A DNA stretch of 64,000 bases from Blastocatellia bacterium (lineage in GTDB: Bacteria; Acidobacteriota; Blastocatellia; UBA7656). The DNA lies in contig CAVXWP010000004.1 of assembly GCA_963765495.1 (NCBI GenBank), positions 192,001-256,000 on the forward strand, given 5' to 3'. Position numbers and translations under genes: made by a program. Positions 19,249 to 29,568 of the stretch are shown in pieces (within the stretch, counting starts at the first letter, position 1; each line of letters begins with the position of its first letter). Under the pieces are notes generated by a model. The model made no database searches. It was not told where the DNA came from and was given only the letters and a program-made list of their open reading frames with translations.

Positions 19249-19770
19249 GTGGACGACCAAACCAATCGCCGGGAATTGATCCATATACTCAGGGCCGCTT
19301 ATTCTGGTGAGCTTGCGGCGGCACTTGCTTACCGTGGACACTGGAAATCCTTAAGAACGGGCTCAAGCGAGCGTCAAAGAATTCAACAGATCGAGCAGGA
19401 AGAGTGGGTTCATCGCGAAAGGGTTGGATTCATACTCGACACGCTTACGTCTCGGCCCCGAAAGCTGAAAGAGGGAAGGATGTGGATTATTGGCCGAGTG
19501 ATTGGCGGCCTGTGTTACGTGCTTGGCTGGTTCATGCCCATGTATTTCGCGGGCCGGCTGGAAAGCCAGAATGTAAAGGAATACGAATCGGCCGCCTTCT
19601 ATGCCGACGCGCTGGGTCTGATCGAATTTCAGAATGATCTGCTTGAGATGGCGAGGGTAGAAAAAGAGCACGAAATCTTTTTCCTGAGCACGGTCGCCAA
19701 CCACCCTCTTTTACCTCTGATGCAAAGCATCTTCGGCTGGGGAGGAGAAGCAGTAGGCAGTAGGCAGTAG
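19249..19770 (+). CDS. Ferritin-like di-iron protein (Coq7-like fold)
   Basis: AYSGELAA, EEWVH, EKEHE ExxH motifs; GGAGG RBS. Confidence 0.75.
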   Translation: MDDQTNRRELIHILRAAYSGELAAALAYRGHWKSLRTGSSERQRIQQIEQEEWVHRERVGFILDTLTSRPRKLKEGRMWIIGRVIGGLCYVLGWFMPMYFAGRLESQNVKEYESAAFYADALGLIEFQNDLLEMARVEKEHEIFFLSTVANHPLLPLMQSIFGWGGEAVGSRQ

Positions 19771-19922
19771 GCAGTTATTTTGAAGCCAAGAACTGATCCG
19801 CGAAAATCCGTCTGATCCGCGTCATCCGTGGCCTATTCCAACTGCTCTGATCATGCAGTTGGCTGGAAAGCGATATGTATCCTTAAAAAACTGCCTACTG
19901 CCTACTGCTTACTGCCTACTGC
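19750..19922. repeat. Inverted heptamer-repeat element (CAGTAGG family)
   Basis: (GCAGTAG)x3+ at 19750-19775 and (CTGCCTA)x4 at 19891-19922; nested half REP at 19796-19839. Confidence 0.9.
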
Positions 19923-19928
19923 TTTGCC

Positions 19929-22277
19929 TCACTCCGCGAGCAATTCCTTGATGTTTGCTTCGAATATCTCTTTTTTGGTCACGCCGACGTGTCTGTAACG
20001 GATGCGGCCCTGCTTGTCTATTATGATGGCTACCGGCAGAGACGAATCGCCTATCTTCAGGGATTCGGCTATTTTTTCATCGCCTATGACCTGTCTGTAA
20101 TCCATCGGGTGCTCTTTCAAGAAAGGTTTCACTACTTCCGCTCCTCCTTCATCGAGAGAAACCCCGATCAGTTCCATCCCGTTTGCCTTGTGCTCGCTTT
20201 GGAGTTGATTGAACATCGGGATTTCAGAGAGACACGGCACGCACCACGTAGCCCAGAAATCCAGAACCACTACCTTGCCCCGCAATGAAGCTAGATCGAG
20301 CGCCCCTCCATCCAGAAGGTTGAGATTCAAGGCAGGCGCGGCCTCGTACGCGCCGTTTGCGCCTGCGTCTGTCATTACAGATTTATCACCGCTCGTATTT
20401 CTAGCAAGCGTTCCATCCGTTGAAGGAGATTCGACCTGCTTCATCCTTGAAAGGAACTTATCGGGCTTTTCGAATCCTTCAAGTCTCAGTTCTCTTCTCT
20501 CTTTACCTTGAGGGTCGAGAAATAGGACCGTCGGAACACCGAGTATATCGAATCGTTTCTTTGCAGCAGCCGCTTCCGGGTTAGAATCGCTTGAGGTCAA
20601 ATCGAGTTTCAGAGTCACAAATCTCTCAGCATCGTCTTTGACACTGCCGTCTGTGAAGGTCACATTATCAAGCTCCTTGCACGGAATACACCAATCGGCA
20701 AAGGTGTCTATTATGACGCCCTTCCCTTCCGCCTGCGCCGAGGCAATCGCCTGCTCGCTGTAAGGATGCCACGTAATTCCGGCTTCGGTCTGCTTTGGCA
20801 TCGCAAGGACTACGGCTATTACAGCCGCGCCTACGCCTATTGCGCGAAGCACCCACGCAAACTGTTTTGGCCTTGTGCGGGCAGGCTCCCAGAAGATCAG
20901 GTAGAGAGCCGACAGCGCAAAGAAGGCGACAAAAACATAAGTGGCATACCTGCCCATCAAAGGCATCAGAAAATAGAGCGCCATGCCGATCAGGACAAGC
21001 CCGAACACTTTGCGAACCGTCACCATCCATTCACCCGAACGAGGCAAGGAATTGAGCGCGCCCGAAAATGTCCCCAGTATCAAATAAGGCAGTCCCAACC
21101 CGAGCGCCAGCACAAAGAACATGAAGAATCCGTATACGGGATCGCCTTTCGTGCTAACGTGAAGCAGCAATCCTAGAACGAAAGGACCTATGCAGGGAGC
21201 GGCAACGATCCCCATGGTCAATCCCATGACGAGCGCGCCTATTATGCCGTTTGTTGATTGAGTGCTTCTGGTCGCAAACGTATTCAGGAAACCGGGCAAT
21301 CGGAATTCGTAAACGCCAAACATCGAGAGCGCAAGCCCTACCATCAAAGCGGCAAGCCCGATCAACACAATGGGATTTTGCAGCGCCGCGCCAAACAACC
21401 CCTTCGTCATAGAAGCGATTACGCCCAGAATCGAGTAGGTTATCGCCATCCCTACGACATACATCGAAGCCATCGTAAAGGTGCGGCTGAGACGCGGCTT
21501 TCCTCCGCTCGCGCTTTGATTGGCAAAAAAGCCTATCGTGATGGGAATGATAGGATAGACGCAGGGCGTAGCGTTGAGCGCGAGGCCCGCCAGAAAGACC
21601 GAGATCAAGGCGAAGAAGAGTCCCCGGCTCGCGATCAGGTTTGACAGGTCATCGCTCTTTTGCCCGCCTCCGAACTGTACGAGATCAGATTTTGCTTCTC
21701 CGGCATTTGTCGCCGCTGAGGTTTGCATATCGGCTTTAGAAAAAATATCAGCGTTGATCTGCTGAACTGCCTGCCCTGCGGCGAGGGTTTTTACGGGTAT
21801 CTCTATCTTGAGGTCATCAGGCGCAAGACACTGCGAGTCGTTACAGGACTGTACCGTGACGGTCGCCTTGAGCGTAGCGTCTCCCGGCTTCAGCGATTTA
21901 TCGGTTTCCACTTCGGCCACCAGTATGACCGTCCCTTCGTGGACCGCCAGAGGGGTATCGGGCGAGAACTCGAATTTTACCTGTTCGGGCGCGGGGTATT
22001 TGACCTCGCCAAATTTGAATCCGGGAGCGGGATCGAACGCCACATTTGTAGCAATTAGATAATCGAGCGTCGGCGTGTGCGCGTTTATGTGATAGCCCTT
22101 ATCAATATCGAGGGTGATTGCGACCTTGAACTTATCGCCCGGGCGCACACCGTCAGCCGAGATGTCACCCTTTGCCCGGACTACGCGACTGCTCGACTGG
22201 CCAAACACCGCAAAAACGAACGACAGCGCAAAGATGAGCGCGAGGCACGATTGGAGGATTATTCTTTTCTTATTCAT
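19929..22277 (-). CDS. dsbD: DsbD (DsbD_N + CcdA + Trx) fused to a TlpA domain
   Basis: CNDSQC, TPCVYP, APCIGP, ADWCIPC, then WATWCVPC; start likely ATG 22277. Confidence 0.9.
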   Translation of the reverse strand: MNKKRIILQSCLALIFALSFVFAVFGQSSSRVVRAKGDISADGVRPGDKFKVAITLDIDKGYHINAHTPTLDYLIATNVAFDPAPGFKFGEVKYPAPEQVKFEFSPDTPLAVHEGTVILVAEVETDKSLKPGDATLKATVTVQSCNDSQCLAPDDLKIEIPVKTLAAGQAVQQINADIFSKADMQTSAATNAGEAKSDLVQFGGGQKSDDLSNLIASRGLFFALISVFLAGLALNATPCVYPIIPITIGFFANQSASGGKPRLSRTFTMASMYVVGMAITYSILGVIASMTKGLFGAALQNPIVLIGLAALMVGLALSMFGVYEFRLPGFLNTFATRSTQSTNGIIGALVMGLTMGIVAAPCIGPFVLGLLLHVSTKGDPVYGFFMFFVLALGLGLPYLILGTFSGALNSLPRSGEWMVTVRKVFGLVLIGMALYFLMPLMGRYATYVFVAFFALSALYLIFWEPARTRPKQFAWVLRAIGVGAAVIAVVLAMPKQTEAGITWHPYSEQAIASAQAEGKGVIIDTFADWCIPCKELDNVTFTDGSVKDDAERFVTLKLDLTSSDSNPEAAAAKKRFDILGVPTVLFLDPQGKERRELRLEGFEKPDKFLSRMKQVESPSTDGTLARNTSGDKSVMTDAGANGAYEAAPALNLNLLDGGALDLASLRGKVVVLDFWATWCVPCLSEIPMFNQLQSEHKANGMELIGVSLDEGGAEVVKPFLKEHPMDYRQVIGDEKIAESLKIGDSSLPVAIIIDKQGRIRYRHVGVTKKEIFEANIKELLAE

Positions 22278-22362
22278 AGGAGCCTTCTGTGAGTCGAAGC
22301 GGCAGGGTCGAATTTCAAAGCCTGGTAATTTCAAAGCCTGGTATCGAGCCGCTCGTCTTCGA

Positions 22363-22869
22363 TCAATTCTTTCGGAGGTTCTGGACCATCTCCGGCGTCA
22401 CTTCGCCGAAGGTCACGACCTTGCCGCCGTTTGCCGCCGCAAAGTCGCGCGCCTCTTCGGGTCTGTTGAAAGCAAGTAAGTCAGGTCCCATAGGGCCTTC
22501 GATTTTGCTTTTGTAAACCAGCGAGGCTTCTCTGGCGTCTATCACCTTCCTGCTGTTGTAGTCCTTGACGAGAACCTTTTCGATGTTTGTCCGGCTCTTC
22601 TGCGCGGCCGTGACATCGTTGTAACGATCCGGCGCAGAATAAAAAGTCATCATGTCGCCCGCCGATTCAAACATCAGCTTTGTTCCGTCTTTGTAAATGA
22701 TTTCGGACGCAAACTGGTCTCCCGAGGTCACCTTCATACCGCATACGGGGCAATAGCCCGTAGCGGCATCCGCTGAGATCGGGCCGCTTTTCTTCTCTAC
22801 ACAGGACCAGAAAACCAGAGAAAACATCAAACAGCTTAGAGCCGGAAAGATTCTCGTCATTTGCTTCAT
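22363..22869 (-). CDS. NosL-family copper lipoprotein
   Basis: Lipobox VFWSC, CPVCGM, GPMG..L.AF motifs. Confidence 0.85.
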   Translation of the reverse strand: MKQMTRIFPALSCLMFSLVFWSCVEKKSGPISADAATGYCPVCGMKVTSGDQFASEIIYKDGTKLMFESAGDMMTFYSAPDRYNDVTAAQKSRTNIEKVLVKDYNSRKVIDAREASLVYKSKIEGPMGPDLLAFNRPEEARDFAAANGGKVVTFGEVTPEMVQNLRKN

Positions 22870-24014
22870 CTATCAAGTTCCTTCGAGTCGTCTCCCTTTG
22901 ATTCGATCCACCCGCCGCCGACTACAACGTCGCCGTCATAGAAGACCGTGGCCTGCCCTGGAGTGATTGCCGATTGAGGTTCGTCAAACTCTACGCGGAC
23001 CCTGCCCGCGCCCGTAGGAATTATCGTGGCGGGCGCTTCGACCGCTCTGTACCTTATGCGCACGTTTGCGCGCACAGGCGCGTCGGGCGGCGCGATGCTT
23101 ATCCAGTTGACGCCCACGGCCGAAAGCGACTTGCCGTAAAGGTCTTCGCGCTTTCCTACCACGAGTTGATTGCGCGGCACATCGATCTTCACAACGTAAA
23201 GCGGATCGGGAGCGGCAATGCCTATGCCCTTCCGCTGTCCCACGGTGTAGCGGTGAAGCCCTGTATGCTCGCCAATGATCGAGCCATCGGTCGAGGCGAT
23301 CTCTCCGCGACCGAGCGTCGGGCTCTCTTGCCCGATTTCCTTTCGGGCATAGTCTTCGACAAATCGGGCATAGTTGCCGTCGGGGACGAAGCAGATTTCC
23401 TGGCTTTCCTGTTTTTCAGCCGTCTCAAGCCCGAGGCCGCGCGCTACCTCGCGCACCTCGGCCTTCGTCATATCTCCGAGCGGGAAGACCGCGCATCCAA
23501 GTTGCTTCTGCGTCATCTCAAACAAAAAATAAGACTGATCCTTTGAAAGATCGCGACCCTTCAATAGTCTATATCGCCCGGAGCCCTTATCGTATTCCAC
23601 ACGAGCGTAATGGCCTGTGGCCACGCTCTCGGCTCCGACCTGGCGCGCAACCGTGACCAGCCGGGCAAATTTCAGCTTCGTATTACAGGAAACGCACGGT
23701 ATGGGGGTGCGACCCGACAGGTAATCCTCCACGAAGGGGCGAACCACGGCGCGCTCGAATTCTTCTTCGAGATTAAGCACATAGAAAGGAAAATCCAGAC
23801 CTTCGGCCACTCGCCGCGCATCGTAAACATCGTCGAGCGAGCAGCACCTTGACGGCTGCGGCTCGCCTTCGGGCGAAAGCCTGCGGCGCTGATTCCACAA
23901 CTGCATGGTGAAACCCACTACGTTGTGGTTCTGGTTTTTGAGTATCGCGGCTGCGACAGAACTGTCAACGCCGCCGCTCATCGCTACTGCTATATTCATT
24001 CGCTGCTCACTCAA
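22866..24014 (-). CDS. mnmA: tRNA 2-thiouridylase
   Basis: [46 protein letters not shown]. Confidence 0.97.
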   Translation of the reverse strand: MSEQRMNIAVAMSGGVDSSVAAAILKNQNHNVVGFTMQLWNQRRRLSPEGEPQPSRCCSLDDVYDARRVAEGLDFPFYVLNLEEEFERAVVRPFVEDYLSGRTPIPCVSCNTKLKFARLVTVARQVGAESVATGHYARVEYDKGSGRYRLLKGRDLSKDQSYFLFEMTQKQLGCAVFPLGDMTKAEVREVARGLGLETAEKQESQEICFVPDGNYARFVEDYARKEIGQESPTLGRGEIASTDGSIIGEHTGLHRYTVGQRKGIGIAAPDPLYVVKIDVPRNQLVVGKREDLYGKSLSAVGVNWISIAPPDAPVRANVRIRYRAVEAPATIIPTGAGRVRVEFDEPQSAITPGQATVFYDGDVVVGGGWIESKGDDSKELDR

Positions 24015-24325
24015 TCGGCTACGGCCAATAAATTCTCAGGAAATACTAGGGTACTCAGTGTATCTGGCGGCTTTGCGAAAAATAGATCAACGCAAAGGCG
24101 CAAAGCCGCTAAGTACGCAAAGGCTTTTCATAAAGCAATCAGCAGTCCCCTGCAATCCCGACCTGTGGCCGAACCGCATTCGTCTTGGCTCGTTTAAGGG
24201 CCAGATGCTATGATCGTAATTTGTGGCGGTAAGGGTGAAAAAGCCTGCCAGCCACAAAGAAAGAAATTATACACGACCGGGAAACCTACAGCCAGTTTGC
24301 CGGTCCGCAATACTAAAGTGAAGAT

Positions 24326-25147
24326 ATGACATCTAATGAGACGCTGGAACAGAGAATCGAACAATATGTCCTCAAACGTGAGCCATACTACCTTCCCGTA
24401 GGCAAAGAGGTAGAGCTATTTGAGGCGGCCTACGGCACGAAACTGCCCGTGATGCTTAAAGGCCCGACCGGATGCGGGAAGACCCGTTTTATCGAGTATA
24501 TGGCGTGGCGGCTGGGCCGCCCGCTCATCACCGTAGCCTGTCACGAAGACCTGTCGGCCACCGATCTTGTCGGGCGATTTCTGCTTGAAGGAGACGAAAC
24601 GGTCTGGCACGACGGGCCGCTTACTACTGCCGTGCGTCACGGCGCTATCTGTTATCTGGATGAGGTCGTGGAAGCGCGGAAAGACACCATTGTGCTGATC
24701 CATCCGCTCACGGATGACCGCCGCATCCTCCCGGTCGAGAAACGCGGCCTGATCCTTCAAGCGCCCGAAGAATTTCTGCTCGTAGTCTCTTACAACCCCG
24801 GTTATCAAAGCGTGCTCAAAGACCTGAAGCAATCAACCAGGCAGAGGTTTATCAGCTTCGAATTCACATATCCGCCAGCGCAGCTTGAGATCGAGGTGGT
24901 GATGCACGAAGGCGGGGTTGATGAACAGACCGCTCAGGACCTTGTATTGATAGGCGAGAAGGTACGAAATCTCAAAGGCCACGGTCTTGAGGAAGGCGTA
25001 TCGACTCGACTGCTGGTTTACGCCGCACAGTTGATCAGCCGGGGCATCCACCCGCACGTAGCCTGCGAAGTCGCAATAAAAAGTCCCATCACCGATGATG
25101 CCGAGCTTCAGCGAAGTATCCGCGAAATCGTCACCACCGTCATCTAA
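24326..25147 (+). CDS. CbbQ/NirQ/NorQ AAA+ ATPase
   Basis: [40 protein letters not shown]. Confidence 0.93.
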   Translation: MTSNETLEQRIEQYVLKREPYYLPVGKEVELFEAAYGTKLPVMLKGPTGCGKTRFIEYMAWRLGRPLITVACHEDLSATDLVGRFLLEGDETVWHDGPLTTAVRHGAICYLDEVVEARKDTIVLIHPLTDDRRILPVEKRGLILQAPEEFLLVVSYNPGYQSVLKDLKQSTRQRFISFEFTYPPAQLEIEVVMHEGGVDEQTAQDLVLIGEKVRNLKGHGLEEGVSTRLLVYAAQLISRGIHPHVACEVAIKSPITDDAELQRSIREIVTTVI

Positions 25148-25150
25148 AGA

Positions 25151-25316
25151 CGGGGCCAGGGGCCGGTAATTTCAAAGGAACCGCAAATTCGATTCGCGAA
25201 AATCCACCTTAATCCGCGCCCGTCCCGGTCTATCGCGATTACCCCAATCAAGCCGTTTTATCTATTACGATAAGAGCCCTTACGAACCGGCCCCCACCCC
25301 CTGGCTCCCGGCCCCC
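25151..25316. repeat. Degenerate inverted heptamer element (GGGGCCA family)
   Basis: CGGGGCCAGGGGCCGG on the left; CCGGCCCCC..CCCCTGGCTCCCGGCCCCC on the right. Confidence 0.55.
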
Positions 25317-25437
25317 GTTTCCTACTCCCTTGAAAAGCCATGTAAAGATGTGGCACCTTGTTAGTGCGTGTCCAGCGGCCCCTTCTGTGTGGATGCTCAG
25401 ACATCGTCAATGTTTAGTGAGATGTGGTTGAACAAGT

Positions 25438-25662
25438 ATGAACAGAGGTCAGCAAGCCTGGATCAGAATTCGCGGGGCACCGGATGATCCGGAGTCTTTC
25501 GATCTGGCTACCTGGAACGGGATAGTCTGGGAAATACCTCGCAGAAATTCGCTCGGCGATACGATTCATATACAGATTCCCGATTATATGGTCATAGAGA
25601 CCATGCCGACCACAACCAACCCAATAGATGTCTACCGCGACCGCCCGGGCGAGGCGGGATAG
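25438..25662 (+). CDS. Small hypothetical protein
   Basis: 74-aa ORF filling an intergenic gap, convergent with the FAH gene. Confidence 0.5.
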   Translation: MNRGQQAWIRIRGAPDDPESFDLATWNGIVWEIPRRNSLGDTIHIQIPDYMVIETMPTTTNPIDVYRDRPGEAG

Positions 25663-25677
25663 AGGTAAATCTGTTTC

Positions 25678-26634
25678 TCACCCCTTCCTGTTGACCACTC
25701 TGTTTGCGAGTCTTCCGATGCGCTCTATCTCAACCTCAATCTGATCGCCCGCTTTTAAGAAGACCGGCGGATTGCGGAAAACCCCTACGCCCGAAGGCGT
25801 GCCCGTGGTAATGATGTCGCCCGGTCTCAGGGTCAAATCCTGAGAGATGAATTCGATCAACTGCGGAAGCTTGAATATCAAATCGTTTGTGTTGGAACTC
25901 TGCCGCAACTCGCCGTTTACGCGCAATTGTATGTCGAGTGTATGCGGGTCCCCTATCTCATCCCCTGTCACAAGCCAGGGGCCGCAGGGCGCGAAGCTAT
26001 CCAGGCCCTTGGCTCGCACCCACTGATTTTCTCTCTTTTGAAGATCACGCGCCGTCACATCGTTCATTATCATGTAGCCCGCCACGTAATCGAGAGCCGC
26101 ATCTGCTCCGACCGATCTGGCTTCGCGTCCAATCACAAAGGCAAGCTCGGCTTCGTAATCGACCTTATCGCTTATCTCGGGCAGGATGATCTCGGAATCG
26201 TGGGCCGCAAGCGCCGTGACGCATTTTGAAAAGATTAAAGGGAATTCCGGCGGGGTGATGTTTTGCTCTGCGGCGTGCGCGGCGTAATTCAAGCCCACGG
26301 CCAGAATCTTTTCGGGGGCTATCACCGGGGGATTCAGGCTGGCTCCCTCAAGCGGTAAGAGCGCGCCCTCCTTTTTACATTCTTCGGCAAGGAATCTGTC
26401 GCTCTCAAAGCGAGAGACCATCTCTTGCAACCAGCCAGCGCCTCGCAGCCAGAGCGCCAAAGCGTCCTGATATCTGTTATCGGTATGGCCAGCAGGTGTA
26501 GGATTTGCCGGTCTATCGACCCACTCGCCTTTCTGCTCCAGAATCTCACAAAGGCCGGTGACATCGAGCACGGTTTCGCCAAGCAGAATACCGCCACGCG
26601 CATGCCCTTCTACATTTATTGACAATAGCTTCAT
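25678..26634 (-). CDS. Fumarylacetoacetate hydrolase family protein
   Basis: GLNYAAHA, DYEAEL, NDVTARD, TGTPSGVG. Confidence 0.95.
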   Translation of the reverse strand: MKLLSINVEGHARGGILLGETVLDVTGLCEILEQKGEWVDRPANPTPAGHTDNRYQDALALWLRGAGWLQEMVSRFESDRFLAEECKKEGALLPLEGASLNPPVIAPEKILAVGLNYAAHAAEQNITPPEFPLIFSKCVTALAAHDSEIILPEISDKVDYEAELAFVIGREARSVGADAALDYVAGYMIMNDVTARDLQKRENQWVRAKGLDSFAPCGPWLVTGDEIGDPHTLDIQLRVNGELRQSSNTNDLIFKLPQLIEFISQDLTLRPGDIITTGTPSGVGVFRNPPVFLKAGDQIEVEIERIGRLANRVVNRKG

Positions 26635-26734
26635 TGCTGCCTCCTTTACGGAGGCTTATTATAATGGTCCATCGCCAAAAGATGACAGCCTTGAGGAGAT
26701 TTTTTGATTCTTTAATCAGCCGGGTCGCGCTGGA

Positions 26735-27781
26735 GTGAGCAATATGAAAATGAGACTGGCTTTTGTGGGATTTGGCAACGTTGCGCGAGCATTTGCGCGC
26801 CAGCTTGACAGCCGCGCAAAGATGCTCGCGGATGAACTCGGCGTAACGTGGCAGACAACAGCGATAGCCACCGCAAATCACGGCTGCGTGGTTTCAGACG
26901 AAGGGCTGAACCTCGATAAAGCAATTAAGATGGCCGAACTTGGAGAGAGCCTTGTTGCGCTCAAGGGCGCTACCGCGTGCCTGGATTCGATGGATGTGAT
27001 CAAGAGATGCAATGCCGACCTGCTTTTTGAGACCACTCCACTCGACCCGCAGGCAGGCGAGCCTGCCGTCTCTCACATCCGCAACGCCCTCAAACGCAAA
27101 ATCCATGTCGTCACGGCAAACAAGGGGCCGGTTGCTTTCGCCTTCAAAGAATTGAAGGCTCTTGCAATCGAGCAGGGCGCACACTTTCGCTTCGAATCCT
27201 CGGTGATGGACGGCGCTCCGGTTTTCAATCTGGCCGAATATTGTCTCCCCGCCGCAAAGATAACCGCCCTTTCGGGTGTACTCAACAGCACTACCAACAT
27301 GATTCTTTCGGGGATGGAGAGCGGTCGCCCGTTTGATGAGAGCCTTGATGAAGCGAGACGGCTTGGTATAGCCGAAGCCAACAGCGATTACGATCTGGAT
27401 GGTTGGGATACGGCCGTTAAGATGATTGCGCTCGTGCAGGTATTGATGGGGATTGATGTGCGGCTTGCAGAAGTAGACCGCACTGGCATTCGCGACATCA
27501 CCCCTGATGTCTTGCAATCGGCGGCGCAGAAGGGCTCGGTCGTGCGTCTTATGGCTCGCGCAGAGAAGGCTGCCGGGGGCGTAAAGATCAAAGTTGCCCC
27601 AGAAAACGTGCCTCTGACTTCGCCCTTTGGCTCTGTGCGCGGCACTTCGAGCCTGCTTGTCATCAAATCGGATTTGATGGGAGAGATTGGCATTTACGAG
27701 GAAGCCCCCGGCATAGAGCAAACCGCCTACGGGCTGTTGAGCGATATGATGAGAATCTGCGAAGAATTAAAGCGGCCGTGA
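26735..27781 (+). CDS. hom: Homoserine dehydrogenase
   Basis: GFGNVA, VVTANKGP, LNSTTN, DLDGWDTAVK. Confidence 0.9.
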   Translation: MSNMKMRLAFVGFGNVARAFARQLDSRAKMLADELGVTWQTTAIATANHGCVVSDEGLNLDKAIKMAELGESLVALKGATACLDSMDVIKRCNADLLFETTPLDPQAGEPAVSHIRNALKRKIHVVTANKGPVAFAFKELKALAIEQGAHFRFESSVMDGAPVFNLAEYCLPAAKITALSGVLNSTTNMILSGMESGRPFDESLDEARRLGIAEANSDYDLDGWDTAVKMIALVQVLMGIDVRLAEVDRTGIRDITPDVLQSAAQKGSVVRLMARAEKAAGGVKIKVAPENVPLTSPFGSVRGTSSLLVIKSDLMGEIGIYEEAPGIEQTAYGLLSDMMRICEELKRP

Positions 27782-27800
27782 TGCGACTACTCTCCTCGCA

Positions 27801-28250
27801 CTAATCGATTGGAGGATCGGTGACATCTGCCGTGTCATAAGCGCGCGCGCGAATTACTCCGGTTTGATCTATGTAATATGAGAGCGTAGCCAGATATGCA
27901 GATTTTCGTCTTGCGCGGCCGTACCATTGAGATATATTTGGAGCCCCTCCTATGGTCGTTTCGGAATCTATGCTGTAGTTATATGCGATATCATCGGCTG
28001 TGTTATCGGATCGCAATGCCGCGTTTATGAATTTCTCTTGAATCAGCACTTCGTCATTGTCGGCATAATTACCGTGCACGCGCTTATACATTTCCTGACC
28101 GGGCAGCCAGGATTTCATATACCTGACGGCATTGGCCCCGTAAGCCGCTTTTCTCGCCTTCAAGACATTCGGCACTGCAATAGCCGAAACGACTCCGATA
28201 ATCGCCACGACGATCAGCAATTCGATAAGAGAAAATCCCTTTTCTTTCAC
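27801..28250 (-). CDS. Type IV pilin / pseudopilin
   Basis: Prepilin cleavage motif KG|FSLIELLIVVAII. Confidence 0.92.
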   Translation of the reverse strand: MKEKGFSLIELLIVVAIIGVVSAIAVPNVLKARKAAYGANAVRYMKSWLPGQEMYKRVHGNYADNDEVLIQEKFINAALRSDNTADDIAYNYSIDSETTIGGAPNISQWYGRARRKSAYLATLSYYIDQTGVIRARAYDTADVTDPPID

Positions 28251-28424
28251 AGTCCGTCCCCCTGGCTCTCAAATACAAGCCTCCTAATTTGAATTATCTT
28301 GAAGCAATCCTGACGCCATAATTGATTTTAGTCGGTCGGCGCGCTCAATTTACCGTATCCGGCATTTGTGATCCCCTTTCGGGGAAGACGTATCTCGGCA
28401 TGAGAGAGATAGTGGCCGGATGTT

Positions 28425-28527
28425 GTTGTAGGCTTTTGTTACAACATTTGTCATAGAAGTTAGACCACATAAGACCGACTCTCGTTGTAGGTTTTTGTTA
28501 CAACATTTGTCATAGAAGTTAGACCAC
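28425..28527. repeat. Two 44-bp direct repeats (period 59)
   Basis: GTTGTAGG(C/T)TTTTGTTACAACATTTGTCATAGAAGTTAGACCAC at 28425-28468 and 28484-28527. Confidence 0.9.
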
Positions 28528-28674
28528 TTGTGACAAGAATTGTGACTGGCTCATAAAGCGGGAAGCGACTCTTCACTTAAGTCCTGCTCTAAGAATAAGT
28601 TTTATTTTGAGGGGCTTTACCCGATCTGGTATTAGAAATGCTTTATAATTGAAAATCAAAAACGGAGGTGGAGG

Positions 28675-29247
28675 ATGAAGTGTCCGAAGTGCAGTACTGA
28701 AACTCCTTCGGAGGCACTGTGTTGTCCGGGCTGCAAACTGGTCACCCCGAAAGGCCGGAGTTATAAGAAAAGCAAGGATATAAGGCAACAGGTACAGACG
28801 ACCAGGGCCGAAGCCAGGGAAAAAGCCGACGAAATAAAGGGGCCAAAAAAAATCGGACCCGTAATTATCGGTCTGTCAGTGCTGATGACCGTACTGATAT
28901 GCGGGCTGGGCAGCTACTTCCTACTCACATACTGGGAGACGACTCGGCCGGTCCTCGATAACCACCCACAGCTGGCGCTTGAGAAGATTCGTTTTCAGCC
29001 ATCAAAGCATCAGGGTCTCAATGTTGAAGAATGCCTGAACCAGGAGGTTGAAAGGGCACGCAAAGCAGGCCAGTTGCTCGAAGCCGAAGGATGGGATGTG
29101 CGCCCCATTCAGGGAGCAAGATTCCTGGTCAGTTTTACATATCAATTGAAAGACAAGGCGCAGCAACAGGCCCGGTGGGAAGTCGATATTGCCGAGAACA
29201 CCTTTGCGCCAAAGACCCAACTTGCCACAGCGGTTTATGGAAACTGA
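28675..29247 (+). CDS. Zinc-ribbon, single-TM hypothetical protein
   Basis: N-terminal CPKC..CPGC, one TM segment; GGAGG RBS. Confidence 0.8.
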   Translation: MKCPKCSTETPSEALCCPGCKLVTPKGRSYKKSKDIRQQVQTTRAEAREKADEIKGPKKIGPVIIGLSVLMTVLICGLGSYFLLTYWETTRPVLDNHPQLALEKIRFQPSKHQGLNVEECLNQEVERARKAGQLLEAEGWDVRPIQGARFLVSFTYQLKDKAQQQARWEVDIAENTFAPKTQLATAVYGN

Positions 29248-29298
29248 GTCATTCCACAAGAGATTGCTACAGATGAAAGGGTGTGAAGAGTAGATTTT

Positions 29299-29358
29299 TT
29301 GACAGTATTTTCAGGGTTAACAAGATTGATAGAAACATCCTGTTAATCCTGTTAACCC
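29299..29358. repeat. REP-like palindrome, ACAGGATT family
   Basis: TTAACAAGATT ... ATCCTGTTAATCCTGTTAA. Confidence 0.7.
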
Positions 29359-29415
29359 TCTCTAAAAAGCCCTGGTTTATGCTCGTCTCGATCCCGTTTT
29401 ACAACCCACCAATAC

Positions 29416-29445
29416 TTGCCCTTCCTCTCTACGGTGTGCTATAAC
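29416..29445 (+). promoter_or_regulatory. Sigma70-like promoter for hppA
   Basis: TTGCCC-N18-TATAAC with extended -10 TG. Confidence 0.55.
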
Positions 29446-29568
29446 GCTTTCTTTGCCGTGACCAGGTATAGCTTTTCTATGCCAGTGGAGATCACCGGAA
29501 CGCTTTACTCCCACCGTGGCTTTAGCCCTGGTCCATAATTTTTTTTAGGATTTGGAATACCCTGAATT

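Noticed and set aside
22363-25147. Denitrification cluster (nosL + norQ)
   Set aside because: No catalytic nos, nor or nir genes; the two are divergent and separated by mnmA.
26894-27721. 275-aa - strand ORF
   Set aside because: Antisense shadow of homoserine dehydrogenase.
28425-28527. CRISPR array (GTTGTAG...TACAAC resembles some repeat ends)
   Set aside because: Only two repeats, 15-nt gap, no cas genes in the window.
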